A DNA stretch of 64,000 bases from Hormiphora californensis (Eukaryota > Animalia > Ctenophora): assembly GCA_020137815.1 (NCBI GenBank), contig CM035358.1:5394001-5458000 (forward strand). Direction: 5' to 3'. Positions 1-14,732 of this stretch are shown piece by piece (position 1 is the stretch's first letter; each line of letters starts with the position of its first letter). Both the position numbers and the translations under genes were made by a program. A model generated the notes under the pieces. That model was not told where the DNA came from. It was given only the letters and a program-made list of their open reading frames with translations, and made no database searches.

Positions 1-350
1 CGGCGCCACGCGGCGCCGAGTGGCGAGCGTCATATTTTGGAAAGCATTGAAAATTTGCTATTCTTATCGCCAAATGGCGCCATTTGGCGATATATATGTT
101 CCGCATGTTTTTTTCAGACTTTGTACCATCGCCACGTGGCGATACCGCCAAGAGTCGCCAATATTTGGCGAATGGCGATCGCCACTGGCGCCACGTGGCG
201 CCACATGGCGCCAGATTTGGCGCCAGAAATGGCGATATTTGGCATAGTGCGCATTCGCCACATTTTGGCGCAAAATGGCGCCATTTATTCGCCACGTGGC
301 GCCATTTGGCGAATTTGATGGCGCCAAATGGCGCCATATGGCGCGCACGA
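1..350. repeat. TGGCGCCA/GGCG-rich degenerate tandem/palindromic repeat (truncated by window start)
   Basis: Dense repeated tggcgcca, cgccacgtggcg and aaatggcg motifs; the overlapping short ORFs are repeat translations. Confidence 0.7.
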
Positions 351-730
351 CCTAATCTTTCATACTACCGACGCTAGCGATCGCTAGTTTTCCCGTTTCA
401 GGTATAGTAATTAGCGCGCGGAATGGCGCCAAACTGTCACGTGACTTTCACCCCAAAATACACACAATCAACTGGATACGTCATTATCTAGTCTATCAGC
501 ATTATCACAATTATGGGTGCCGGGTGTGGCAACACAATTACGGTGGACCTTTTCATATGGCCAGCCGGCAGGTCGGTAGAACTTCGACAGAATTTAGGGC
601 AGGTCTGAATTTAGGGCAGGTCTGAATTTAGGGCAGGTCTGAATTTAGGGCAGGTCTGAATTTAGGGCAGATCTGAGTACTAAGCATGTGAATGCGATTC
701 GGGGAAGCTTATTAGCGGTGTGAGACGATA

Positions 731-3568
731 ATTAATTATTAACTCTGGCAGGGCAGATGGTTTGAGGCGGCAAGGTGTTGGGTTGGTGTTATCAAAATCT
801 GTCAAGAAGTCCTTAATTTCCTACAGTCCCTTCTCTGAGCGCATCATGGCAGCCCGACTGCACACCAAACATGTTAATATCTCCCTTGTTATTGCATATG
901 CTCCAACCAATGATAAGGATGACGCGGTCAAGGAGGAATTCTACAACCAGTTATCATCGGTTTTGGATAGGCTTCCTCGGCAGGACGTGGTCTTCTTGGG
1001 CGGGGATTTCAACGCGAGGGTTGGTGGCGGGCACTCTCTCCACCAAGTTTCTAATGACAACGGTGAGCGGTTGGAGGATTTATGTGGGATTCATCAGTTG
1101 TCTATTGGTGGGAAGATGTTCCCTCATAGGGATCACCACAAGGGAACCTGGAGATCTCCTGACGGTACCACTGTGACGCAGATAGACCATCTGTGTGTCG
1201 GCAACAAGTGGCGAAGTTCTCTGTTGGATGTTAGGGTCCTAAGGAGTGCAGACATCGGGTCTGATCACTACCTGGTTCGGGGTAAGGTTAGGATCCGGCT
1301 GAGTGCAGCTAAGAACTGTAGGAAACCGGTCAGGGAGGTTCCAGCTATAGAGAATCTCAGGAAGGGGTGTGATGAGACACGCACGGAATACAATGTCTCT
1401 CTCCGGAACAGGTTTGAATCTCTGGAGCCTGAGGAAAGTCTGGAGGGTCAGTGGCGGCAACTTAAGGAGGTAATCGGTGAGGTGTCACTGGAGGTCCTGG
1501 GAGCGCGGCCGAAACGGATTCGTCAGCAGCACTTGTCTCTTGAGACTCGAGACCTCATCGCCCACCGTGCTGAGCTGAAGAAGAATGATCCCGAGGGTGG
1601 ATCTGAGTACTCTAGGCTTAATAAGCTGGTCAAGAAAGCAGCACGGGTGGACGATGAAAGGTGGGCGGATAGTTTGGCGTCTGATCTGGAGGATGCTGCG
1701 GTGCACGGGCGGCAGAGGGAACTTTGGCAGCATATGAAAGATCTGTCAGGTGTGAGGAAACGCGGCGGTACTGCTGTTCGTGATAGGAACGGTGAACTCA
1801 TCGCTGATCCTGTTCAACAGCGGGAGCGCTGGGCGGAGCACTTCTCTGAGCTGCTAAACCCCCCTGTAACTACATCACAGCTCTCGGATCTGGATGGTCT
1901 GGAGGTGGACCCGTGCTTTGAGGATCTTGGTGAGGATGATCCTCCGCCTTCTCGTGGAGAAGTTTTAGTGGCACTGAACAGGCTCAAAAACCATAAGAGT
2001 CCTGGCGTTGATGGGATCTCGAACGAGCAGCTACGGTATGGCTCGTCCGGTCTTGTTGGCCCCCTTGTGGATCTGTTTGGTGGAGTCTGGAGGGAGGAGA
2101 AGGTCCCGGAGGAGTGGTTAAAGGGTGTCATCTCGGTGATTCCCAAGAAGGGTGACGCCAGTGTGTGCTCAAATAATAGGGGCATCACTCTGCGATCTAC
2201 CACTTCCAAGCTGTTCCAGATAATTATGCTGAACAGGTTGTCTTCTGGTCTTGAATTGGCACTTCGAGAGAATCAGTGTGGATTCAGACGTAACCGGTCT
2301 TGTGTGGATCAGATTTATTCCCTCCGTACCATCATCCATCAGTGTATAGAATATAATTTACCGTTGTATATAAACTTTATTGACTTCAAATCAGCATTCG
2401 ATTGTATTAACAGGGATTTTATCTGGGCCGCATTTCGCCATTATGGTCTTCCAGAGAAGTATGTCCGGATAATTCGAGCATTCTTTGACGGTACTATGAG
2501 TGCAGTGAAACATGACGGGGAGCTCTCCGGCTGGTTCAGTGTCCTCAGTGGTACCGGTCAGGGCGACATTCAGGGTCCACCAGTCTTCAACATCGTGATT
2601 AACTGGGCGGCTCAGCTTGCTGAGTCCAACAAGACTGTCTCCAGGGGTCTCACTCTTCACGGCGCTGAGAGTGATGAGAGTGGGGAATGGATCATGGATC
2701 TCGACTATGCTGATGACATGGCTGTAATGGATGATACTGAGGAAGGGCTCCAGGAGTCAACAGATTTGCTGGTAAAATACGCAGGGTACGCTGGTCTGAA
2801 GATTAATGCGAAGAAGACCAAAGTTGTGGCTTTTTCAAAGGGTCTTAGCCAGCGCCCATTTTCAGAGGCGGATACGGTCAGCATCTCTGTGGAGGGTAAT
2901 CCGGTTGAGCAGGTTTCCAGTTTTACATATCTCGGATCGGCGTTGTCCTCTGACGGTACCATCGACAAGGAGCTTGGTATCAGGATAGGGAAGGCTTACA
3001 GTGCATTCAGTATGCTTTGTAGGATCTGGTACAACCGTAACATCAGGACCTGTACCAAGATCAGGATATACAGAGCTGCTGTTCTGACAGTTCTTCTCTA
3101 TGGTTGTGAGGCCTGGACAACTACTCAGGTCCAAGATCGCCGGGTGGAGGCGTTCCACCAACGGTGCCTGCGTAGAATCCTGAGAATACAGTGGTTTAGG
3201 AGAGTATCTAACAGGGAGGTACTGGAGAGGGCGGGTATAGAACCAATCTCGAAGTTCATTGGCAATGGGAGACTCCGCTGGTTTGGACACCTGATTAGGA
3301 TGCCTGAGGATAGGGTGCCCAACAAACTCTACCACTGGGTGCCTAGTCATGGGAGACGTTCCAGAGGAAGACCGCGTAAAACCTGGTCCTCCTGTGTGCT
3401 GAATGATTATCGAGACGCTACGGGTCAATCCCAGTCTCTCCGTGCAATTACTAACACTGCAGAGAACAGAAATGAGTGGAGACAGCTCACGTCATTACGA
3501 GCGAGGATACTTGGAGCCGGCCACTCGAATGATTGAGGAGACCGTACCAAGTATCAAGTAAGTAAGTA
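731..3568 (+). mobile_element. 5'-truncated RTE-clade non-LTR retrotransposon
   Basis: 9-bp TSD GAGACGATA at 722-730 and 3569-3577; very short 3' UTR ending in (AAGT)n; single APE-RT ORF. Confidence 0.92.
762..3536 (+). CDS. APE endonuclease (N-terminally truncated) + reverse transcriptase ORF of the RTE element
   Basis: GDFNA, IDH and SDH endonuclease motifs; RT motifs KSPGVDG, QCGFR, FIDFKSAFD, QGD, YADD, FTYLGS; RTE-type C-terminus RLRWFGH and RGRPRKTW; no native ATG. Confidence 0.95.
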   Translation: MRRQGVGLVLSKSVKKSLISYSPFSERIMAARLHTKHVNISLVIAYAPTNDKDDAVKEEFYNQLSSVLDRLPRQDVVFLGGDFNARVGGGHSLHQVSNDNGERLEDLCGIHQLSIGGKMFPHRDHHKGTWRSPDGTTVTQIDHLCVGNKWRSSLLDVRVLRSADIGSDHYLVRGKVRIRLSAAKNCRKPVREVPAIENLRKGCDETRTEYNVSLRNRFESLEPEESLEGQWRQLKEVIGEVSLEVLGARPKRIRQQHLSLETRDLIAHRAELKKNDPEGGSEYSRLNKLVKKAARVDDERWADSLASDLEDAAVHGRQRELWQHMKDLSGVRKRGGTAVRDRNGELIADPVQQRERWAEHFSELLNPPVTTSQLSDLDGLEVDPCFEDLGEDDPPPSRGEVLVALNRLKNHKSPGVDGISNEQLRYGSSGLVGPLVDLFGGVWREEKVPEEWLKGVISVIPKKGDASVCSNNRGITLRSTTSKLFQIIMLNRLSSGLELALRENQCGFRRNRSCVDQIYSLRTIIHQCIEYNLPLYINFIDFKSAFDCINRDFIWAAFRHYGLPEKYVRIIRAFFDGTMSAVKHDGELSGWFSVLSGTGQGDIQGPPVFNIVINWAAQLAESNKTVSRGLTLHGAESDESGEWIMDLDYADDMAVMDDTEEGLQESTDLLVKYAGYAGLKINAKKTKVVAFSKGLSQRPFSEADTVSISVEGNPVEQVSSFTYLGSALSSDGTIDKELGIRIGKAYSAFSMLCRIWYNRNIRTCTKIRIYRAAVLTVLLYGCEAWTTTQVQDRRVEAFHQRCLRRILRIQWFRRVSNREVLERAGIEPISKFIGNGRLRWFGHLIRMPEDRVPNKLYHWVPSHGRRSRGRPRKTWSSCVLNDYRDATGQSQSLRAITNTAENRNEWRQLTSLRARILGAGHSND

Positions 3569-5848
3569 GAGACGATACGAGATATAATGGAACATGATTC
3601 GGGGAAGTCAATCAGGAGTGTTAGACGATATGAGACACGATTCGGTGAAGGTTTCTATCGCTTTCCATCCCTAGACCCTATACCCCTCTCTGGAACATGA
3701 TTCGGGGAAGCCAATCAGGAGTGTTAGACGATGGATATGAAATAAGATTCGGGAAGGTTTCTATCGCTTTCCATCCCTATATAAGCCATTGGTTAGATAG
3801 CAACATGGGACAGCCCTACCTTTGTAGACTGTACCCATGGTATACAAGCGTTGATATTAATATTATTATTATTATTATTGTCCCCCTCTCTGTTCGCTAT
3901 GTCTCTCTTTCTTTCTCTTTCCTTTTCTATGACGGGAGAAAGAGAGACATGGAGAAAGAGAGATACCCTTAACTTTTTACCGAGAATCGAGATAGAAAGA
4001 CTGTTGAACTCCTCCGTGAAATTTGTTTCGCCGCTTTCCCATCAGGTAGATGTAGGCAGCTCTCGGTCGGTGGCTAAACATTGTCTTTTCTCTCTCGGTA
4101 AAAAGAGCCGCCTACATCTACAATTCCTACGTGCTTTCCTAGCAGTCAAAAAGTTGAGGGTATCTCTCTTTCTCCCCCAGAGAAAGTAAGAGAAATTGAA
4201 AGAGAGACAGAGCGAATAGAGAGGGGTATAGGGTCTAGGGATGGAAAGCGATAGAAACCTTCACCGAATCGTGTCTCATATCGTCTAACATTCCTGATTG
4301 GCTTCCCCGAATAATGTTCCATATTTCGTATCGTCTCACACCGCTAATAAGCTTCCCCGAATCGCATTCACATGCTTAGTACTCAGACCTGCCCTAAATT
4401 CAGACCTGCCCTAAATTGACCTGCCCTAAATTCAGACCTGCCCTAAATTCAGACCTGCCCTAAATTCAGACCTGCCCTAAATTGACCTGCCCTAAATTCT
4501 GTCGAAGTTCTACCGACCTGCCGGCCAGCCTTATCCAAACTGAAACAACAAAAGACACCACCTAAGGACAAGGTTTTGCGGCACTTCCCCCGGTCATAGC
4601 TCCACCCCTGCCTGAAGAGACTGAAAACACAGGGGTTTAAGGTTGTTAAATTTGAAAACAAAAAGTAGACATCAGGGACAGTTCAGAAATAAACAGATTG
4701 GCTACTCTGGCGACTTCAAATTGGTCACTACTTGGTGTGGCCCGCCACAAAGTCATCAAACACAATATACAGCTAGAATTGAAGTCGCATGGTCGTATAA
4801 TTGTAGGGCGATTAAAATTAGGGTGACTCGGTGTGACTACTGTTTTTTAGTCACATACTGTCAATAGTTCCCTACAAGTCACACATCTTGTCTCTTTCTC
4901 TGAACATGTCTCTCTTGAAACAACCGATATTTGTAAATAATTTTGGGTTAAACGTTCTTTAAAATACTCTCTTTACATTAAATACAAAAAAACATGTTGT
5001 AGGTAATATTTTATTCGCGTGAAATATTGAAACAATGAAGAAGGGATGAAACAAACACTCTGTTGCACTGTCTGGCAGCACCGATCTGAGCACACAGTCC
5101 CTTAAAAATGGGGTCTGACAGGTTCCAGACAGCCGTTACATGAAAAAAAGAGGGCTCCAGGTTCATGCAAAAAAATGGGGAATCGTGGTAAAATCAAACC
5201 ATGATGTGGGATGTGGTAAGGAAGAGATGAAGGGTCCTTATCTCACAGGAATAGATCATCAGAATCATAGACTCTTTCATAAAACATATCTGTGATATAT
5301 ACTGGCAGTAAACCATGGTTACCATGGTTACCACTTGTGTCAGTTGGTTGTCATGGGTTATTTTGTACAAACAGTCTAACTTTGCAAGTCATGGGAATAT
5401 ACAAAAACCGTCTCATAAACTGTAAACTCTCTCCAGATTCATTATAGTAAAGTTAACATACTCTAACTATACAAATTGCAACAAAAACTCTGCATTTCCC
5501 TGTCTGGTGCCGCGAACCCATCTGAGCTGTCAGGCCAATGCTCTGACCACAGTTCTCGCGCGAGAATGGGTCAGACCAATGCTCTGACAGCATCTGAGTG
5601 CACTGTCGTTTGAGATCAAATGGGGTATGGCGACCCCATCTGCGAATCAATTAGGGGTCTGGCGCCGCCAGACAGCCATTTCTCATATGATAGTCAAGAT
5701 AAAATTAAATGACCGAAAGCTGAGCATGGGTGACACACCAGTGTCAAACACTAACGTCCTACAACAAATGGCTATTAATTAATTAATCAATTAGTTAATT
5801 AATTAATTAATGGTGTAGTTCTGCCCCTCCCATTTCATAAATATAGTG

Positions 5849-6926
5849 CTATAAGTAGATCTGCATGACATTGGCAATGGGTTGCCTGCAGAGAGGGCAC
5901 AACGCCTGATTCCCACACTGTCCTGTCAATCTATCACTGCACTCCATACACAGACAGCAATGTCTACAGGGTAACAGCACGGCACATTTTGTGTTTACCG
6001 TACACACCACACAAAGTCTTTGTTCTCGCTCCTTTTCAAGCTCCAGTTCCAACTCTTCTTCAGGTGTTTGGGGTTCAGGGGGAGGTGGAGGTGGTGAGAA
6101 GTGGAGGGGTGGCGGGGGTCCTTCCGGTGAGGGGTGAGGTTGTGTCGGATTGTACCATTTCCAGAATGTTATCAAACCTGGGAGAGAGTGGGTGGTTAGA
6201 GTGGTTAAGTTAGAGTGGTTACATATAGTGGTTACACATATAGTGGTTAGATTAGTGGTCATAACTATAGTTATATATATCTAATCTAGCTACTTCTAGA
6301 ATAAAGCACTCAGCTCACCTATTAAGATGGTAACCAGTCCACCAGGGACGAGGGTCGAGAAGGCAGCATGTAGAAGGTAGATAGTAAACTCAATAAGTGA
6401 TAGTAGGGGTGAGAATATCAGGTAGATGAGAGCCGTGACGAGGGAGTAGAGGGAGTAGAGGAGGGATAGGATTAGTTGGAAACTCAGTTGGAATATCAAC
6501 TGAAATAATAGAGTTTTAGGATCAGAATATATCTTTCAACCTTATTCAATATTTAGATAGGGCTGAATAAGATCTGAAATATGTATACCGTGTGTTCAAA
6601 AACTGAACAGCGAATTTTTGACTCATCCGATAGAACCCAAAACAAGGAAGGAAATATCTTTAAAATCATAGTTACGCTTTGTTTTAATTTGTAAAATAGG
6701 TGAAACTTGTTGAGTCCCACCCCTTACTAAACAAGGTGAAACAGGGTCGAGCAAAGGAAGGTACACTTTATTATGCCGTGTGTCGTACCTTAGCATTTTC
6801 TAGCTCACTCTCATAATACTCAGTGAAAACGCAGCAGTTAAATAGGACCCTCTGGGGTATCTCCACCACCCTCTCAGCCACCACCACGCAACTGTTCCAC
6901 GCTGTCTCTACCATTGTCGGGAGGAT
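5849..6926 (-). CDS. RNF26-like membrane-anchored C3HC4-type RING E3 ligase, 3' exons (6926-6789, 6499-6319, 6177-5849)
   Basis: GT-AG exons in compatible phase; hydrophobic TM exon; C-terminal CVVC...LLPCRHCCLCMEC...CPLCRQPIANVMQIYL resembles the RNF26 C-terminus. Confidence 0.75.
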
Positions 6927-8941
6927 CTGAAAGGAGGGGTTGGGGATGAAGGATTAGAGAAGGGGAGTAGAAGGGGGATTGGGGGTTAATGTATAGAGGA
7001 GGATCTGAAAGGGTAGGAGTGTTAGGGGAGTAGATAATATTATCATAGGGAGGGGATTAGGGTTCAAGACCTCAGACGCATATTGGGAGTGGCGCAATGT
7101 TTTGAAATATTTGTCTCTCGGAAATGTTTTTTTTAAAATCATTTCCAATAGTGTGACTATAACATAAGACAATGGAAATAGGAAACGTGTTCCGACAGTG
7201 TGGTGGGGTGACTGGACTTATCACCGAAGCTCAATGGATAAGCTGCTTCTAGCCGCGAAGAGGACCCGGACAAGAGAACTGAATATATTTTATATAGTTT
7301 TCCAACACCATTTTAAACTATTTCATCTAGATATTTATTTTATTTGTCTCGAACAAAGTTCCTGCTGGTTTGGGTTTCGAAAGCAATTTTGGCTGTAATA
7401 AAACAGACTGGCCTTGCCCCTCCCTTCCCGCCCCGAAACCCCAGTTTTAAAAGGAGGAGGTGGATAAGAGGCTTATGACATGATACTACTATATGTGTAG
7501 TGAACATCATCCCATTTCCCTTAGTAACCACATAGCAACGTAAAAACACACCCTGTAACTCACACCACAGTGCACTGGCACATCATGCACTTTGCTTTCT
7601 TCGTTATCGTAATGTTGCCCATATTTCTTCATCTTTTTGTAAAGTTATTTTAGTCAACAAAGTCGAGACACATAACTCATTTTGAATATATGTTGAATCG
7701 AATAAGTTGTCTCCCTCCCTCTTTCTTTCTCTCTCCCTTTCTCTCTCTCCTCCTCTCTATTCTTGTGAGATGGTAGTCGAAGTTCTACTTCAACATTTGT
7801 TTGTTTAGTCCCCTCCCTCCCCCTCACCAAATTAGGCTATTCCCAGTATTCAGAACGCTATTCAAACTTTCCCTATTCTTCTCGTATCCAATGATATAGT
7901 TTCCTCATTATAGTCAAACAATATTCTGTTGGCTGTTGAATCGTGCATTGGCCTATCTGCAATTTCATAGATAATCGCAAAAAACCTTTTATTCAAACTG
8001 CGTTCTTGTTTTTAGAATTAGATCGTTAAAAAACATCTTGATCTACCCGGCACAAAGCACGAAATGAAATGCGGCGTGAACTACACGACACAAGCTTCTA
8101 CTTCATCTGATAATTATTCTCATTACTTGTATATTCTGGTGGCTGGTAACTACCCAGATACTGAGTACAGCAGGGCCACATTCTCTCTCTCTCTCTCACA
8201 CCGTGATTGGCTGTCATGCGGTTCTGATATTAGTCATTACCCCACCCCTACCCCCTCCCAAGGTCTGTCAACTTCCCTCTACCAACATATTAGAACTAAA
8301 TTTACATTTCTCTCTCGTCCTCGATACATTACGTGTTTGCTTGTGTACGTATGTTTTTATTTTGGTACCACCCCACACACACACACTATTACGTCATCTG
8401 TTTGTATGCAGATAGAAAAGGATGAGGTAGAAAGGGTGGTGTTCAAAAGAAGTGTCATGCTACTACTGTTATGGTGATCTAGAGAGAGAGAGAGAGATGT
8501 ACTATTGAGTACTGGTAGTAGTGCTGCTCTCTGTCCATGCTATACTTGTTGTATATTTGTGCGGCTACGCCTTACATGTGCCTATGTAGTACTATTGTTC
8601 AAAGTTGATCTCATCTACTCTCTATCTGCTAATCCCAAGATATATTTCTTTTACTCAGCATCTCTCTTTCTATCTCTCTATCTTACTACCTACTATCATT
8701 ACACTCTGTCGCTGCATGACATACAGCCACATTATGTATGTAGTATTAGTTACTAATTTCTGTACATAAATGTATTTGCTATTTGTGGCTGTTCTTGCTT
8801 TCTTTTTCTCCATAAATGTTTGTCTCCACGTTTGTCTCTCCCTGTATACAATGTATGTCGCTCTTGCTGCTTCCGTATCTTGCTAATAATAGTAAACGAA
8901 GGTAGGAGAAGTGAGAGAATCGAGATGTTACAGAGGGAGAC

Positions 8942-9028
<87 letters not shown>

Positions 9029-9031
<3 letters not shown>

Positions 9032-12000
9032 ATGGCTCATGCAACTATGGCTCATAGAATCTATGAGCCATAGATGCATGCAACTATGGCTCATAGATTT
9101 TATGAGCCATAGATGCATACAACTATGGCTCATAGAAATGTGATCTGATTAGGTTCTATGAGCCATAGCTAGTGAGAGTGGGAGGGACGTGAGTGACACG
9201 TGAGTGACACGTGAATGACACGTGAGTGACACGTGAATGACACGTGAGTGACACGTGAGAGATCGAATCATATAATATTGAATGAGCACAATATGAATAA
9301 TGAGCACAAATGTAAACGATTTACATAATAATAAATCTAATATTATATAATTAAAATTACACTATCAGTTCATCTTGGATATAATGGTAAAAGGGGTCCT
9401 TCTTTGGACAGTTCATAGAGCTTTTCACGTGAATCAGCAGCTCCTTAACACGATGTTTATTCAAATCTATGATCGGGTAGGTACTAAACAGCCGCCTTGC
9501 ATTATCACTATCAGGATCCACAGTAAAAAACTCTCCAACAGGTCTGATTTTCGAGAAAGTAGTATAGGTAGGATGTTCCCAGAAATTGCCTGACTAAAGT
9601 TTCTGATCTTTCACACTCTTCCAAAACCTCCCGGTACTCGTTGAACGTTGTAGTGTTGTTAGTGACGTCGATAACAATTACAGTCGGACCCCGATTTAGT
9701 GGCATCCTCGGGGGAAAAAAATCCTGCCACTAAATCGGGGTGCCACTAAATCGAGGTGAGCCATATTTGGCCCATAAAAACCTATTTTATGCCCAAAATG
9801 CTATACTAAGCCTAAAGACACCTCTAACTGTTATATGCAATATTCATGTATTGATGACATGATCATTTCTGATTAGAAATAGAAAACTATAGAATAAATT
9901 TTTCAAAAAATTGTGAAAGTTATACCAGCTGCCCGTCCGATTTGAGTTTCGAATCGGTGCAGCTTCCTGGATGTCCTGTCTAATTAGCAGGTTCGAAACG
10001 AACCGATACGTGATACCATGCCGGGGCACCCTAAGCGGGTGAGGAAGTATCAAAATTTCAAAATAACTTTTTCTCTCAAAATTTATGGGGAGCACCGATC
10101 AAAGCATTGACAATCGTACTGTAAAATTTTGCAAAAAAAGTTTTAAAATTTTTTAAAGGTATACCAGCCACTTCCGAATCGTGTTTCGAATCGGTGCATC
10201 TTATCGCATGTCCTTCTGCTAATTAGACGGTTCGGAACGAATCGAAACGTGATCCCCATCGAATCGAAATTTTGACGCTTGGTGAACTTATGATTCAATG
10301 GCCCCATGGGGATCACGTATCGGTTCGTTCCGAAACGTCTAATTAGCAGCAGGACATTCGATAAGATTCACTGATTCGAAACACGATTCGGATGTGGCTG
10401 GTATTCCTTTGAAAAATTTTCAAAAAAATTTCAAAAAAATTTCACAAAAAAATTGAAAAATATTTTTGGGGGAAAAAAATCCTGCCACTAAATCGGGGTG
10501 CCACTAAATCGGGGGCCACTAAATCGGGGTCCGACTGTATAGCTAGTGAATCCACTAACAAATTCTAATGAGTGGGATGGATATGTGACAGTGTCACATA
10601 TCCACCCCCTCACTGACACGATTCTGGGATGCGCCATTAGCATTAGCACGAAACTTATGATTCGGGGGAGCTCATTAGCAGTGTGAGACGATACGGTATG
10701 TGGAACATGATTCGGGGAAGCTTATTAGCAGTGTTAGACGATATGAGACACGATTCGGAGAATGCATTTTATCGCTCTTTCTATCTATCTCTATAATCTC
10801 TTTTTGTCAATTATCTTGAGAACCAGATGAGATACCTACCCATACTAATGCGAGGAAGCTACAAACTTTGGTGCCCTTATTTTTGTCCATACTCCTTTTC
10901 CTTTTTTATCTGGATGTCGGCTCAGCCGACATCCAGATATGTTGTTGTTTTAGATGGAATGGTTTGAATTTGGTCTGTTTGGCAAGACTCGAAAATAAAT
11001 GAAACCCAACGCATTCCATCAAAAACAACATATCCTCCTAAAAACAATGAGGCGAGCCGATAGGCTCTTATTACCAAAAATAAGGGCACTAAACTCAGTG
11101 TGTAGCGTCACCTCGCATTATAGTATAATGGTAGGCACCTCATCTGGTTCTCAAGTCCAAGATAATTGACAAAAAGAGATAGAGATAGATATAGATAGAG
11201 ATAGATAGAAAGAGCGATAAAACATTCTCCGAATCGTGTTTATTAGGAGTGTCTAACACTCCTAATAAGCTTCCCCGAATCATGTTCCACATACCGTATC
11301 GTCTCATACTGCTAATGAGCTCCCCCGAATCATAAGTTTCGTATCTCGTATCGTTTCACCCTGCTAATGACGCATCCCAGAATCGTGTCAGTGAGGGGGT
11401 GGATATGTGACACTGTCACATATCCATCCCGCTCATTAGAATTTGTTAGTGGATTCACTAGCTATAATTGTTATCGACGTCACTAACAACACTACAACGT
11501 TCAACGAGTACCGGGAGGTTTTGGAAGAGTGTGAAAGATCAGAAACTTTAGTCAGGCAATTTCTGGGAACATCCTACCTATACTACTTTCTCGAAGATCA
11601 GACCTGTTGGAGAGTTTTTTACTGTGGATCCTGATAGTGATAATGCAAGGCGGCTGTTTAGTACCTACCCGATCATAGATTTGAATAAACATCGTGTTAA
11701 GGAGCTGCTGATTCACGTGAAAAGCTCTATGAACTGTCCAAAGAAGGACCCCTTTTACCATTATATCCAAGATGAACTGATAGTGTAATTTTAATTATGT
11801 AATATTAGATTTATTATTATGTAAATCGTTTACATTTGTGCTCATTATTCATATTGTGCTCATTCAATATTATATGATTCGATCTCTCACGTGTCACTCA
11901 CGTGTCATTCACGTGTCACTCACGTGTCACTCATGTCCCTCTCACTCTCACTAGCTTTGGCTCATAGAACCTAATCAGATCACATTTCTATGAGCCATAG

Positions 12001-12105
12001 TTGTATGCATCTATGGCTCATAAAATCTATGAGCCATAGTTGCATGCATCTATGGCTCATAGATTTTATGAGCCATAGTTGCATGAGCCATAGTTGTAGG
12101 TCACC
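9029..12105. mobile_element. Large foldback (long-TIR) non-autonomous element inside a (GA)n tract
   Basis: 9029-9680 plus 10538-~10830 is the reverse complement of ~11140-12095; arms hold ctatggctcatag palindromic repeats and gacacgtga tandem arrays; identical spurious ORFs on opposite strands (9375..9593 and 11552..11770). Confidence 0.88.
9681..10537. mobile_element. Tc1/mariner-pogo-type MITE inserted in the left arm of the foldback
   Basis: TIR cagtcggaccccgatttagtggc / gccactaaatcggggtccgactg; TA duplicated at 9679-9680 and 10538-10539; the right arm shows the empty site (acaatTAtagctag); internal inverted repeats ~9890-10460. Confidence 0.9.
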
Positions 12106-12678
12106 GAGAGAGAGAGAGATATATAGAGAGAGATATATAGAGAGAGAGAGAGAGAGAAAGCTCTGACAAGTGTAGTACAGGAGTGGTAGTGCAGATGTAA
12201 TTTACGTACAGTTTACAAACTTTACTACTGTTAATTGTAATCGTTTGTACTGCACAACAGTTGGTTTTGTGTTGTACTGGATTGGTTTTGTTTTGTCTAA
12301 CGGCACTTCATTCTAAATTATTTACACGGCATTTTCAAGATACAGCCAGTTTCATCTTCTAGTTTATACAAATTGTGGGATACGTTATTTGCCCTCATTT
12401 TGCAATGCTTTTTATACGCCATTTGTAGTTTGATTTTCTCACAGCCACCCCTTCTGTCGTGGGGCACCTGTTAATATTACGCAAGAAAAGGAACGAGAGA
12501 CTCTCCCCCACTACACTGTCTTACTTCCTCGAAAGAGTATTGCCTTTTAAGTAGAAGCATATAAATGACGATTATGGGATTCTAGAGAACACTTGATTGT
12601 AAATGACAAGTGTTCTCAAGAATCCCATCAGACAACCCTTCCTTATTCGCTCCCTAAATTCTATCTCTCTCTTCTTAG

Positions 12679-14430
<1,752 letters not shown>

Positions 14431-14732
14431 GTACAAAGGGACTATAATCTTCATATAGGTGTAAATTATTTCTTGTTTTTTCTTGTTCTGAATATCATTT
14501 CACACTAATTTAGGCGGTTTTACTCGTTTTTTGGGGGATCAAAGAATTCGTAATGATTTTTCATTTTCCATGTGATACTGATCAAGATGCGAAGCTGGAG
14601 ACCGTTTTAGAACGTTTCAACTATTGAAACATACCATTATTCATTAAAATTTTAAGTTAACTTTCGTGAGTTAATCTTCCACTTAGAAGAAGTACTAAAC
14701 GGAGTCTTAAGTTTTAACCACATAAAGGTCCC

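Larger units (their letters stand above)
567..4522. mobile_element. Non-autonomous foldback DNA transposon (Merlin-like: GG termini, 8-bp TSD), interrupted by an RTE LINE
   Basis: TIR ggcaggtcggtagaacttcgacag / ctgtcgaagttctaccgacctgcc; GGCCAGCC direct repeat at 559-566 and 4523-4530; 17-bp subterminal tandem gaatttagggcaggtct mirrored at 4384-4499; inner arms ~3578-4380 are inverted. Superfamily inferred from TSD length and termini only. Confidence 0.8.

Noticed and set aside
589-672. TTTAGGG-containing repeats as telomeric sequence
   Set aside because: Part of a 17-bp subterminal unit of a transposon, mirrored at the other end
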